From positions 1-26,908 of the forward strand of contig CAVYSW010000007.1 of the NCBI GenBank assembly GCA_963771275.1: a stretch of DNA of 26,908 nucleotides, written 5' to 3'. Shown one piece after another: positions 7,385-16,731 of this stretch. Position 1 is the stretch's first letter; every line of letters begins with the position of its first letter. The DNA comes from an uncultured Gemmatimonadales bacterium. GTDB taxonomy: Bacteria; Gemmatimonadota; Gemmatimonadetes; Gemmatimonadales; GWC2-71-9. Under the pieces are notes generated by a model. The model saw nothing but the letters and a program-made list of their open reading frames with translations, was not told the origin of the DNA and did not search any database. A program made the translations under genes and the position numbers.

Positions 7385-8098
7385 CTACTTCCCGACCTCC
7401 ACCCGATCGTACACGCGGCGGAACTCCAGCGGCTCGGCCATGCGCGGAGTCTTGAACGACACGATCACGTACAGCTGCCCGGTCTCGGACGAGCGGAAAT
7501 ACGTCTCGCCCAGCTTGACGCCACTGCCCCAGTCCCGGTCGATCACCAGGTTCGCACCCTGCCACCTGGTCTTGATCTTCACCGCACCACGACCCGCCAA
7601 CTCCTTGATCACCTTGCCGTCGGTGCGGAATGAGCGGGACCAACCCAGGTCGGACGCGAACCTGACCGTCGAGTCGTTCTGGCTGAGCGTGAACGCCTCG
7701 GTCGCCTGACGCAGCATGGCCAGGCCCTCCTGCATCGACCCGCGATCGCCGCCGGGCCCGCTACCCGGCCCCGCGCCGCCGCCCGCGCCCCCGCCACCTC
7801 CCCGGCCGCCACGGCCCCCGCCGCCTGCCCACCCGCCGCGACCGGGACGAGCGCCGCCAGGCCTGCCAGCTCCCCCTTCCTCCCCACCGGACCGGCCTTC
7901 CTGCAACGCCCGGAGCCGGGCACCCGGGTCGTCACTCTCGTCATGATTGAGCTTCCAGGCGCCGGCGATGTTCCGCAGCTCGGGCGCCACGGCCACCTCG
8001 GGCTGCTTGCCGGCGCAGCCGTGGCCGACGACCAGCAATGCCACGAGCGCCACGGCGGGCAGCCACAGCCGGGCGGGATCGATCGAAGGGCGTTTCAT
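7385..8098 (-). CDS. Putative lipoprotein with Gly-rich linker
   Basis: Signal peptide ending VVGHGC; GAWKLN..ESDDP, Gly-rich loop, beta-rich C-terminus ending RRVYD. Confidence 0.75.
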   Translation of the reverse strand: MKRPSIDPARLWLPAVALVALLVVGHGCAGKQPEVAVAPELRNIAGAWKLNHDESDDPGARLRALQEGRSGGEEGGAGRPGGARPGRGGWAGGGGRGGRGGGGGAGGGAGPGSGPGGDRGSMQEGLAMLRQATEAFTLSQNDSTVRFASDLGWSRSFRTDGKVIKELAGRGAVKIKTRWQGANLVIDRDWGSGVKLGETYFRSSETGQLYVIVSFKTPRMAEPLEFRRVYDRVEVGK

Positions 8099-8240
8099 GG
8101 GCTCGTCTCGGGGTGGGGTGATCTGCGCCTCCTCGTACACCGGCGACCGGCGGGCGTTTCCGGCGAGCAGGACGCTCCCCCTGTCGCCCTGGACGACAGT
8201 CCGGGCCGAGTGGCGGCTCTCACGCCGCATCCTACGACCG

Positions 8241-8424
8241 CCGGATCGGAAGAACGGGCACGGGGATCCGACTCATCGGGAGCGCCGAGCGGCGGCGTGG
8301 AGTAGCCGATGCGCGACGTGGCTCTGTCACGAATGGGCCGGGTGGGCCCGGATTGGAAGGACGGGCACGGGGACCGATTCATCGGGAGGGCCGAGCGGCG
8401 GCGTGAAGCCGCCGATGAGCGACG
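8241..8424. repeat. Two ~78-bp imperfect direct repeats (8241-8318, 8348-8424)
   Basis: ccggatYggaagRacgggcacgggga.ccgaYtcatcgggagSgccgagcggcggcgtg.ag..gccgatg.gcgacg in both copies. Confidence 0.85.
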
Positions 8425-8463
8425 CCGCGGACCCGCACGCGCGGGTCCCGCCGCCACCGCGTG

Positions 8464-8850
8464 CTACAGCCGGTAGCGCGCGATGCCGAGTGCCCGCGCC
8501 GCCTCGGCGAGGCGGCGGTCGTAGGCGGCGAGCTGCACGGGCTGGCCATGCGCCCGGAGGAACTCGATCGAGGCGAGATGGAGGGCGTCGAGCGTGCGCA
8601 CGGCCAACGGGAACGGCTCGAGCGCGCGGGCCAGCACGGGCGGAACGAGCTCGAGCATCGCCAGGTGGCCCAGGGCGAGCCGGGCCGCGTCGCCCAGCGC
8701 AGCAGCCAGGCCGTGCGCGTGCAGCCGCGTCCAGACCTCGTACGAGGTGAGCCGGCTCGAGACGAGCGGTTCGTTCCAGAGACGGGCGGGTGGGCGCCGC
8801 CCTTCACCGAGCAGATGTGCCAAAATCACCGAGGTGTCGACGTAGATCAT
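8464..8850 (-). CDS. vapC: PIN-domain toxin (VapC family)
   Basis: MIYVDTSVIL...SS.LT.YE...RTLDALHLAS...AYD.RL..AA.ALG; ATGA overlap with the antitoxin. Confidence 0.9.
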   Translation of the reverse strand: MIYVDTSVILAHLLGEGRRPPARLWNEPLVSSRLTSYEVWTRLHAHGLAAALGDAARLALGHLAMLELVPPVLARALEPFPLAVRTLDALHLASIEFLRAHGQPVQLAAYDRRLAEAARALGIARYRL

Positions 8851-9146
8851 CGCGCATCCCGATCGGCCCGCAGCCCGGCGAGGACATCGTCGAGCGAAAC
8901 CGCGTCCGACACGGCCGGGGGCGCGGGCGGCGCCTCGCCCCCCGCGACCGGCGGCGTGAGCCACCCACGGCGCACCGCGTCCGCGAGCACGGCGTCGCCG
9001 ACCGCCGCGGCGCGCCCCGCCCGGGGCGGGCCCAGCTCAGCGACGACGGCGTCCCGATCGGTGACCAGCACGGTCTCGCCGCCGGCCGCCAGCCGCACGT
9101 ACTCGCTCAGCTTGTTCTTGAGCGCCTTGATGCCCACCGCACGCAT
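8847..9146 (-). CDS. Phd/YefM family antitoxin
   Basis: MRAVGIKALKNKLSEYVRLAAGGETVLVTDRD.VVAEL; upstream of the PIN toxin. Confidence 0.88.
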   Translation of the reverse strand: MRAVGIKALKNKLSEYVRLAAGGETVLVTDRDAVVAELGPPRAGRAAAVGDAVLADAVRRGWLTPPVAGGEAPPAPPAVSDAVSLDDVLAGLRADRDAR

Positions 9147-9155
9147 GCCGGCAAA

Positions 9156-9173
9156 GTAGCTACCGGTAGCTAC
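9156..9173. promoter_or_regulatory. Perfect 18-bp palindrome, probable TA operator
   Basis: GTAGCTAC-CG-GTAGCTAC overlaps a TACTTT -10 element 6 nt upstream of the antitoxin ATG. Confidence 0.7.
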
Positions 9174-9202
9174 CGACCGCAACCGCGGGACCGGCCGCGC
9201 GG

Positions 9203-9589
9203 CTACCGGTCCGATTCCCCGGCGCTGCCTTTGGGGAGCAGCGTGTCCAGCAGCTGCCACGTGTAGAACGACGCGCGGCCGCGGAGCGCGGCCAGCCGCT
9301 CGGCGACGTGCGCCGGCACCACGCCCCGCGCCTGGGCGATGGCGAGCTGGTAGGCGAATTCCGATAGATGGCCGGCGGCGCGCTCGGCGGCCCGGCGGAA
9401 CATCCCCCGGCTGCGCGTGCCCGACCCGAACGCGATTCGCCCCACCGCGCGGAGCGCCGACCGATGGAGCCGCGCGACCTGGGCCGCGTGCGGCGCGGCT
9501 CGCTGGGCGCTCGGCGGCAATGCCTCGTACAGCGCCAGCACCAACGCGTGCGTGCTCTTCCACGCATCGAGCTGCTCGTAGGCCAGCAT
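9203..9589 (-). CDS. Four-helix bundle protein (23S rRNA-IVP-like family), divergent
   Basis: YEQLDAWK..H.LVL.LY...P, ..L.RSA......IA.G.G..S...F.R....A.G.LSE..YQL.IA pattern. Confidence 0.7.
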   Translation of the reverse strand: MLAYEQLDAWKSTHALVLALYEALPPSAQRAAPHAAQVARLHRSALRAVGRIAFGSGTRSRGMFRRAAERAAGHLSEFAYQLAIAQARGVVPAHVAERLAALRGRASFYTWQLLDTLLPKGSAGESDR

Positions 9590-9763
9590 GCGGCGCCTCC
9601 CATCCCCGCGAGGTGGATCGATGCCCCAACCTCGCACGGGGGTGGCGAGACCGCAGTACCGGAACGTCGCCGAGTGGTGCAGAACAGCGCGGAGCGTGAA
9701 AGGAGACCGCTCAAGGCCAACGGGTGGAGCGCGTCAGGGCTTCGGGCTCCTGCGCGGTCTCGG

Positions 9764-9996
9764 TCAGCCTCCCAACCCGCGCGTGATCGCCGTGGCCAAG
9801 AAGATCATCACGATCAGGAGCCCGAGCTGCGCATCGCTGATCCGGGCGAAGGTCTTGGCCTTGGCCAGATCCACCGCCGCGCCGCGGCGTCGCGCCCCGC
9901 GCCACCTGATCAGCGTCGCCATGGGCCAGATCTCCAGCAGCAGGATGATGCGAGGGCGACCAGGTGGAACGCGGCGACGAGCCAGCGCAGCGTCAT
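9764..9996 (-). pseudogene. DUF2214-like membrane protein with internal deletion and frameshift
   Basis: MTLRWLVAAFHLVAL joined out of frame to IILLLEIWPMATLIRWR...FARIS..Q...LIVMIFLATAITRGLGG*; the middle of the family sequence is absent. Confidence 0.65.
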
Positions 9997-10033
9997 GGAT
10001 GGAAGCCGCGCCCTGAAGCCGGGTTGCCGAGCG

Positions 10034-11449
10034 TCACGTCGGCCGGATGTTCCGGTTCGTGCGGAACACGTTCTGCGGGTCCCACCGCGCCTTGACCTCC
10101 GCCAGGCGCTGGAGTCCCGCGCCGAGCGCCGCCGCCGTGCGATCGACGCCGTCGTCCTCCGTCAGGAAGTTGAGGTACGTGCCGCCGGTGGAGAACGACT
10201 TCATGTCGGCCCACGCCTCGCGGGCCCAGGCGATGTTGGCCTGGTCGTCGCCCGGCTGCTCCCACGCGCCGGCGACGTTGAGCACGTAGCGCGCGTCGCG
10301 GTTGCCGACCGGCGAGTGGTCCGCGGCGAGCCGGTTGAGCGCCCCGCCGAGCTGGAACAGGATCACCGCCGAGTGCGGCGAGCGGATCTTGGCCGCGTGC
10401 GCCATGACCTTCTCGCACAACGCCGGCTCGATGCGCGGCAGATACTCGCTCTTCCAGTAGTAACGCCGACCTCTGGGCTGGGTGGCGTCGAGCAGCGACT
10501 GGAGCTGGGCGTACGGCCGGCGCACCAGCACGTCGCCGATCGGCTTGCCGAACGTCTTGATGGGCGCGACCGCCTTCTCGCCGTCCTCGGGCTTGCCGGT
10601 GTGACAGGCGAGCATCGCCACGATCGGCTTCCCGTGCATGTCCTTTGGCAGCCACGGGGCCGGGGGCGCCGGGCGCAGCAGCACGACGAGCGTGAGCTCG
10701 GGCGGCGCCTGCTCGGCGAGCGTGCGGTACAGCTCGAGCACCTTGGGGGCCTCGCTCACGGGCCAGGCCACAAGGCCACCCACGACCTCCGGACCGACGG
10801 GATAAAGCGTGTACTCGATGCCGGTCACGACGCCGAAGTTCCCGCCGCCCCCGCGCAGGCCCCAGAAGAGATCCGGATTCTCGTCGGCGCTGGCCCGCAC
10901 CACGCGCGCGTCGGCGGTCACGAGGTCCATGCCGGTGACGTTGTCCGTCGTCCAGCCCCACCGCCTGGTCAGGTAGCCGAAGCCCCCGCCCAGCGTGAGC
11001 CCGGCGACGCCGGTGAGCGAGACGAACCCGAGGACCGCGGCGAGCCCGTGCAGCTGGGTCTCGCGATCCACGTCGCCCAGCAGGCAGCCGGCCTGCGCGC
11101 GGGCGAGCTTCCGCTTGGGGTCCACCCAGACGCCCCGCATGAGCGACAGGTCGAGCATCAGCGCGCCGTCGGCCGTGGCCAGGCCGCCGATGTTGTGCCC
11201 GCCGCCCTTGAGGCACAGCAGGATCCCGTGCTCGCGCGCGAACTGCACGCACGCGACCGCGTCGGCGACGCCCAGGCAGCGCGCCACGAGGGCGGGGTGC
11301 CGGTCGATCATGCCGTTCCAGACGGATCGGGATTCCTGATAGCCCGCGTCGCCGGGCACGAGCAGCGGGCCCCGAAGACGCGTCTTCAGACCGTCGACCA
11401 CGCCCTGCGCGAGGTCGATCTCGCGACCTTCCGCCGTTCTCACGTTCAC
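10034..11449 (-). CDS. FAD-binding oxidoreductase (FAD_binding_4 + BBE domain)
   Basis: WNGMIDRHP, KGGGHN, GLTLGGGFG, DLFWGLRGGGGNFGVVT, YLNF, KARWDPQNVFR.N.NI; GTG start with GAGGGA RBS. Confidence 0.93.
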   Translation of the reverse strand: MNVRTAEGREIDLAQGVVDGLKTRLRGPLLVPGDAGYQESRSVWNGMIDRHPALVARCLGVADAVACVQFAREHGILLCLKGGGHNIGGLATADGALMLDLSLMRGVWVDPKRKLARAQAGCLLGDVDRETQLHGLAAVLGFVSLTGVAGLTLGGGFGYLTRRWGWTTDNVTGMDLVTADARVVRASADENPDLFWGLRGGGGNFGVVTGIEYTLYPVGPEVVGGLVAWPVSEAPKVLELYRTLAEQAPPELTLVVLLRPAPPAPWLPKDMHGKPIVAMLACHTGKPEDGEKAVAPIKTFGKPIGDVLVRRPYAQLQSLLDATQPRGRRYYWKSEYLPRIEPALCEKVMAHAAKIRSPHSAVILFQLGGALNRLAADHSPVGNRDARYVLNVAGAWEQPGDDQANIAWAREAWADMKSFSTGGTYLNFLTEDDGVDRTAAALGAGLQRLAEVKARWDPQNVFRTNRNIRPT

Positions 11450-11563
11450 GCTATTCCCTCGGGAGTCAGTCCACCGACGCCGCGCTCGAGCTGGGGGGAA
11501 CGCGGCGGCCGCGGCGGGACGGGGCGCCGTGGCGTATGGGTCACGCACAAGATAACGGGGGCG

Positions 11564-11728
11564 GGCGCGATCGCCAGTCGCTGGCACGATGCCCGGGCAC
11601 TCGCTAGACTCCGCCGGCTCAGCCGCCGGGCGCCCCGACGGAAGCGGCGTCTCGACGCCGCGCCTGGTCGGGCTGCGAGAAAGCCGCGCAAGCGGCCAGT
11701 CGGCGCGCGCTGTCGCGCGAGGGCGACG
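11564..11728 (-). repeat. Dispersed, degenerate copy of the REP doublet flanking tnpA
   Basis: 11683-11728 reverse complement (cgtcgccctcgcgcgacagcgcgcgccgactggccgcttgcgcggc) aligns with 18114-18159; 11564-11592 weakly resembles the other REP end. Confidence 0.65.
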
Positions 11729-11779
11729 CGAACGCGGGCCCGTCTCATCGGGCAGACCGGGCTGGCCGTTCACGCCACA

Positions 11780-11848
11780 CTCTGCACCCTGCACTCTGCA
11801 CTCTGCATTCCGCACCCTGCACTCTGCATTCTGCACTCTGCATTCCGC
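11780..11848. repeat. Heptamer tandem repeat (YYCYGCA) x ~10
   Basis: ctctgca ccctgca ctctgca ctctgca ttccgca ccctgca ctctgca ttctgca ctctgca ttccgc. Confidence 0.92.
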
Positions 11849-11913
11849 CGTCCTTCTGGGTAGATTTTCCCTCTGAAATCGAAGCCTTCACCCCAACCGC
11901 TGTGGACGTCTTG

Positions 11914-13236
<1,323 letters not shown>

Positions 13237-13263
13237 CGCCGGAGCGCGAGGCCCTCAGCCCCC

Positions 13264-13695
13264 TTACAACACGAACGGGATGATCCGCTTCGTGCTCCGC
13301 GCGTACTCGGCGTAGTCGGGGAACCGCTGGCGGAGCAGCCGCTCCTCATCCGCCACGCGGATCGCCACCAGGGCCGTGACCACCAGCCCCACGACGACGG
13401 GCACCACGGACCAGTGGGCCACGATCCCGGTCCAGAGAAACAGCAGCGCGCCGGCGTACATCGGGTGGCGCATCAGCCGGTACGGCCCCCGCCGCAGCAC
13501 CGCGCCGGGGCCGGGATCGGGGGTCACGCGGAACTGGCGGTCGGCGAAGGCGCGCCGCGCCCAAACCGTGAGCGCCAGCGCCAGCAGCTGCAGGGCGATC
13601 ACGATCGGCGAGAGAGAGAACAGGCTGCCGCGCACTGCAAGGAACACCAGGGCGAGCAGCAGCACGGGGAACGAGAGCTTGGAGAGCAGCTTCAT
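13264..13695 (-). CDS. Isoprenylcysteine carboxylmethyltransferase / PEMT family membrane protein
   Basis: GPYRLMRHPMY, EE..L...F.DY.EY...TKRIIPF. Confidence 0.85.
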   Translation of the reverse strand: MKLLSKLSFPVLLLALVFLAVRGSLFSLSPIVIALQLLALALTVWARRAFADRQFRVTPDPGPGAVLRRGPYRLMRHPMYAGALLFLWTGIVAHWSVVPVVVGLVVTALVAIRVADEERLLRQRFPDYAEYARSTKRIIPFVL

Positions 13696-13790
13696 GGGCC
13701 GGGTGCCAAGGGCCGAGGGCCGGAACAGGGTCGAGGGAAGTACCCCTTTGCTGAGGCCACGATCCCGCAAACGGACCGGCCGGACCCGGC

Positions 13791-14318
13791 TCAGTCGTGC
13801 TGGGCGGTCTGGTCGAGCCAGAACCGGACCGGCAGGCGGAGCAGCATCGGCGCCGGCTTCCCCTGGAAGACGGCGGGCTTGAACTCGGCGCCGCGCACGG
13901 CCGTCTCCGCCGGCGCGGCGAAGACGCTGTCCGACACGGCGACCAGCCGCACGTGGCGCCCGTCCACCTTGCCGTTGGCGCCGACCACGAAGTCGAACAC
14001 GGCCCAGCCCTGGAGTCCGCGGTTCCACGCCTCGGACGGGTACTTGAGCTCGCCGAGCTGCACGAGGCTCGCCGCCTGCACGCCCACGCCGGAGGTGAGC
14101 ACGCCGACGATCGGGCGGGTGAAGGTGCGCACCTGCGAGAGGTCGGGGAGCGGCGGCATCGGCTGCGCCACCACGGGCGGTCCGACCGTGGTCTGCTGCA
14201 CCGGGGGCCGGCTCCCGCCGCAGCCCAGTGCCGCGATCGCCGCCACGGCCACCAGGCCGGTCAGGATCCGGCGCGCTCGAGGGAAGGTCGCGCCGACGCT
14301 CGCCGATGCCCTGCTCAT
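13791..14318 (-). CDS. TonB C-terminal domain (energy transducer TonB-like) lipoprotein
   Basis: Lipobox AALGC; YP.EA...G.QG....FVV...G.V....., F..A...AV....FKPA...GKP....P.RF; GGAG RBS. Confidence 0.8.
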   Translation of the reverse strand: MSRASASVGATFPRARRILTGLVAVAAIAALGCGGSRPPVQQTTVGPPVVAQPMPPLPDLSQVRTFTRPIVGVLTSGVGVQAASLVQLGELKYPSEAWNRGLQGWAVFDFVVGANGKVDGRHVRLVAVSDSVFAAPAETAVRGAEFKPAVFQGKPAPMLLRLPVRFWLDQTAQHD

Positions 14319-14432
14319 GTCCGCTCCACCAAAAAGGGTGCCGCAGGATCGCAAGGCGGACGGCGGCAGACAAGTGCACACATCACAACCGCGCGGCGGC
14401 GCGCGGGCTTGCGCGGTCAGCGACGGACGGCG

Positions 14433-14954
14433 TCAGGGGTGCCCCATCGAGTCGTGCTGGTGGGCTCCGGCGTGGTGCGCCGCGCGCTGGAACTCGAGGA
14501 ACGCGTGCACCGCCGCGAGGGCCTCGGGATCGGTGGTCGTGATGCGCACCTCGCCGCCGTTCGGCACCGTGCCGGCCGCGTAGCTGATACGGTCGCGCCG
14601 CGCGGCCATCACGGCCGTCCCCGGCACGGTCTGGGCGTGCACGAAGCCCGGAATCGCGAAGTCGCCCGCGGCGAAGCGCTCGGCGATCATTTGCATGTGG
14701 GCCCGGATTGCCGCGACGCCGGCGGAGTCGGGCACGTCGCGTTGCAGCACGATGCGGCCGCCGTCCGGCAGCAGCTCGAACACGTGCGACGACGTGTATT
14801 GATCCACCCCCATCGCCTCCGCCCCGCGCGCCTGCATGGCGGCGAAGGCGGTGTCCTGTCCGGCGGCGTTCTCCTGGTGGGCACCGGACCCGCCGCAGGC
14901 GGCGAGCAGGCTCCCCAGGAACAAGGACGCGAGCCGTGGAGTGATGCGCAGCAT
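14433..14954 (-). CDS. Conserved hypothetical lipoprotein, His-rich C-terminus
   Basis: Lipobox LLAAC; RG..AMGVDQ..S.H.F..LPDGG.I, IR.H...IA..F..GDF, VPGT..M, AVH.FL.FQ...H. Confidence 0.75.
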   Translation of the reverse strand: MLRITPRLASLFLGSLLAACGGSGAHQENAAGQDTAFAAMQARGAEAMGVDQYTSSHVFELLPDGGRIVLQRDVPDSAGVAAIRAHMQMIAERFAAGDFAIPGFVHAQTVPGTAVMAARRDRISYAAGTVPNGGEVRITTTDPEALAAVHAFLEFQRAAHHAGAHQHDSMGHP

Positions 14955-14977
14955 TGGCTTCCTCTCGTTGAGGGACA

Positions 14978-15406
14978 CTATGCGTTCCGTGCGCGCTCCA
15001 GCCGTTTCATGTCCCGCACCGACGCCACCACCAGGCGGCGCAGCACCGCGAGATCGAGATCGGCCAGGCGCTTGATGTAGACGCACGACTTGCCGTGCTT
15101 GTGCTTCCCCAGCTTGGCCTGGAGCTCGGGGTAGCGCTCGATCCCGGCCATGAGGTAGAGCGTGAGGTCCTGCTTGCGCGGCGAGAAGCCTGCGAGGAAC
15201 CACTCGCCCTCGCGCCCGCTGCCGTACTTGTAGCGATAGCTGCCGAACCCCACGATGCTCGTGCCCCACATCCGGGGCCGGGCCTTGGTCACCTGCTGCA
15301 TCAGCCTGGCCACGGTGCGGCAGTCCTCGCGCCGCGCCTCGTCCGGAATGCGGGCGAGAAACGCCGCGACGCTCGCGTTGGTGCGCTGAGTCTTGAGCTC
15401 GGCCAT
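14978..15406 (-). CDS. DUF1801 domain protein
   Basis: MAELKT..T.ASV..FL, P.MWG.SIVGFG.Y.Y.Y.SGREG.W...GFSPRK, LGKHK.GKSC.YIKRL.D. Confidence 0.9.
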   Translation of the reverse strand: MAELKTQRTNASVAAFLARIPDEARREDCRTVARLMQQVTKARPRMWGTSIVGFGSYRYKYGSGREGEWFLAGFSPRKQDLTLYLMAGIERYPELQAKLGKHKHGKSCVYIKRLADLDLAVLRRLVVASVRDMKRLERARNA

Positions 15407-15417
15407 GAAGCCTCCCC

Positions 15418-16731
15418 TTACCCTTCCCGCGCCGCGGCGATCCCGCGGCGCTCGTTCACGGTCGCCAGCAACAGCCCGCCCACGAGCAGGAACAGCAGCA
15501 CGGTGGCGACCCCCGCCCGCTGCGAGTGGAACATCGTCGCCGCGGTGCCGAGCAGAATGGGCCCGAGGAACGAGGTCACTTTCCCCGAGAACTGGAAGAA
15601 CCCGAAGAATTCCGCCTGGTGCTTCTCGGGCACGAACCGGCCCATGAGCGACCGGCTGGCCGACTGGTTCGGCCCGACGAACAGCCCGATCAGCACGCCC
15701 GCCACCCAGAGCCACGTCCGGGTGGGCGCCCACACGGCGATCCCGGTGGCGATGGCGAGCGCGATCAGCGTCAGCATGATCGTCCTCTTCCCGCCGATCT
15801 TGTCGTCGAGGAAGCCGAGCGCGAACGCCCCGACGCCGGAGGCGACGTTGAGCGCCACGCCGAACACGATCACGTCGGCCAGCGACATGCCGAACGTGCC
15901 GGCGGCGTAGATCCCGCCGAAGGCGAACACCGTGACCAGGCCGTCGTTGAAGATCAGCCGGGCCACGAGGAACTTGACGATCTCCTTGTACCGGCGGATG
16001 GCGCGGACCGTCCGGCCCAGCTCCCGAAACGTGCCGCGCACGTCGAGCCGGACAGCGCCGGTCTTGCGTTCCGGGATTGCGAAAAACAGGGGCAGCGCGA
16101 AGATGAGATACCACCCGGCGACGAGCAGGTTGGTGGCGCGGACGTTGAACCCCTCGGCGGTGGACAAGCCGAACCACGGGACTTCGGGCTTGACGAAGCC
16201 GACGAGCGCGATCCCCATGCAGACGAGCCCGCCGACGTAGCCCAGCCCCCAGCCATAGCCGGACACCCGGCCGATCCTCTCCGGCGAGGCGATCGCCGGC
16301 AGGAACGCGTTGTAGAACGTGTAGCCGGTCTCGAACGACCAGTCGCCGATCACGTACAGCGCGAGCGCGAGCATCGCCGCGTGCGGCAGGCTCGGGCTCA
16401 CGAAGGTGAGCGCCGCGGTGGCGAGCACGCACAGGCCGGTGGTCACCGCGAGGAACCGCTTGCGCGTGCCGGCCCGGTCGGCCGCCGCGCCGAGCACGGG
16501 GGAGAGCAGGGCGGTGAGCACCGCGCTGGTCGAGACGGCCCGCGACCACCACAGCGTGCCCGTCACCTCGTCCGGCGCCATCGCCTTGGTGAAGTAGGTC
16601 GAGTAGATGAACGTGACGACCAGCGTGGTGAACGCCGAGTTGGCCCAGTCGTACAGGGCCCACGACCAGATCACGCGCGGGATGTCGCGCGGCGCGGCGG
16701 CGGTGCCGGGTGCGGGCTCGGGCGGCGTCAT
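15418..16731 (-). CDS. MFS transporter, UMF1/Atg22-like
   Basis: WALYDWANSAF, FYNAFLP, GR.SG.GWGLGY.GG, NDG..T, SRSLM.RF.P....AEFFG; multiple TM helices. Confidence 0.9.
   Translation of the reverse strand: MTPPEPAPGTAAAPRDIPRVIWSWALYDWANSAFTTLVVTFIYSTYFTKAMAPDEVTGTLWWSRAVSTSAVLTALLSPVLGAAADRAGTRKRFLAVTTGLCVLATAALTFVSPSLPHAAMLALALYVIGDWSFETGYTFYNAFLPAIASPERIGRVSGYGWGLGYVGGLVCMGIALVGFVKPEVPWFGLSTAEGFNVRATNLLVAGWYLIFALPLFFAIPERKTGAVRLDVRGTFRELGRTVRAIRRYKEIVKFLVARLIFNDGLVTVFAFGGIYAAGTFGMSLADVIVFGVALNVASGVGAFALGFLDDKIGGKRTIMLTLIALAIATGIAVWAPTRTWLWVAGVLIGLFVGPNQSASRSLMGRFVPEKHQAEFFGFFQFSGKVTSFLGPILLGTAATMFHSQRAGVATVLLFLLVGGLLLATVNERRGIAAAREG

Noticed and set aside
8241..8424. Hammerhead ribozyme or fluoride riboswitch (CCGATGA motif)
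   Set aside because: Lacks the CUGANGA/GAAA core and the fluoride aptamer consensus.
9203..9589. Avd of a diversity-generating retroelement
   Set aside because: No reverse transcriptase or adenine-mismatched TR/VR pair in the window; repeat differences are not A-specific.
10034..11836. N-terminal extensions in the ORF track (oxidoreductase, ICMT, DUF1801, lolA, S8, antitoxin)
   Set aside because: They translate repeats or overlap upstream genes in other frames; downstream starts with RBS or stop overlap fit the families better.
9368..11863. Long + strand ORF (831 aa), and similar ones such as 15526-17445 and 23710-26403
   Set aside because: Antisense shadows of real high-GC genes; no motifs.
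14380..14397. CRP-like TGTGA site upstream of the TonB-like gene
   Set aside because: Second half-site is poor; insufficient support.
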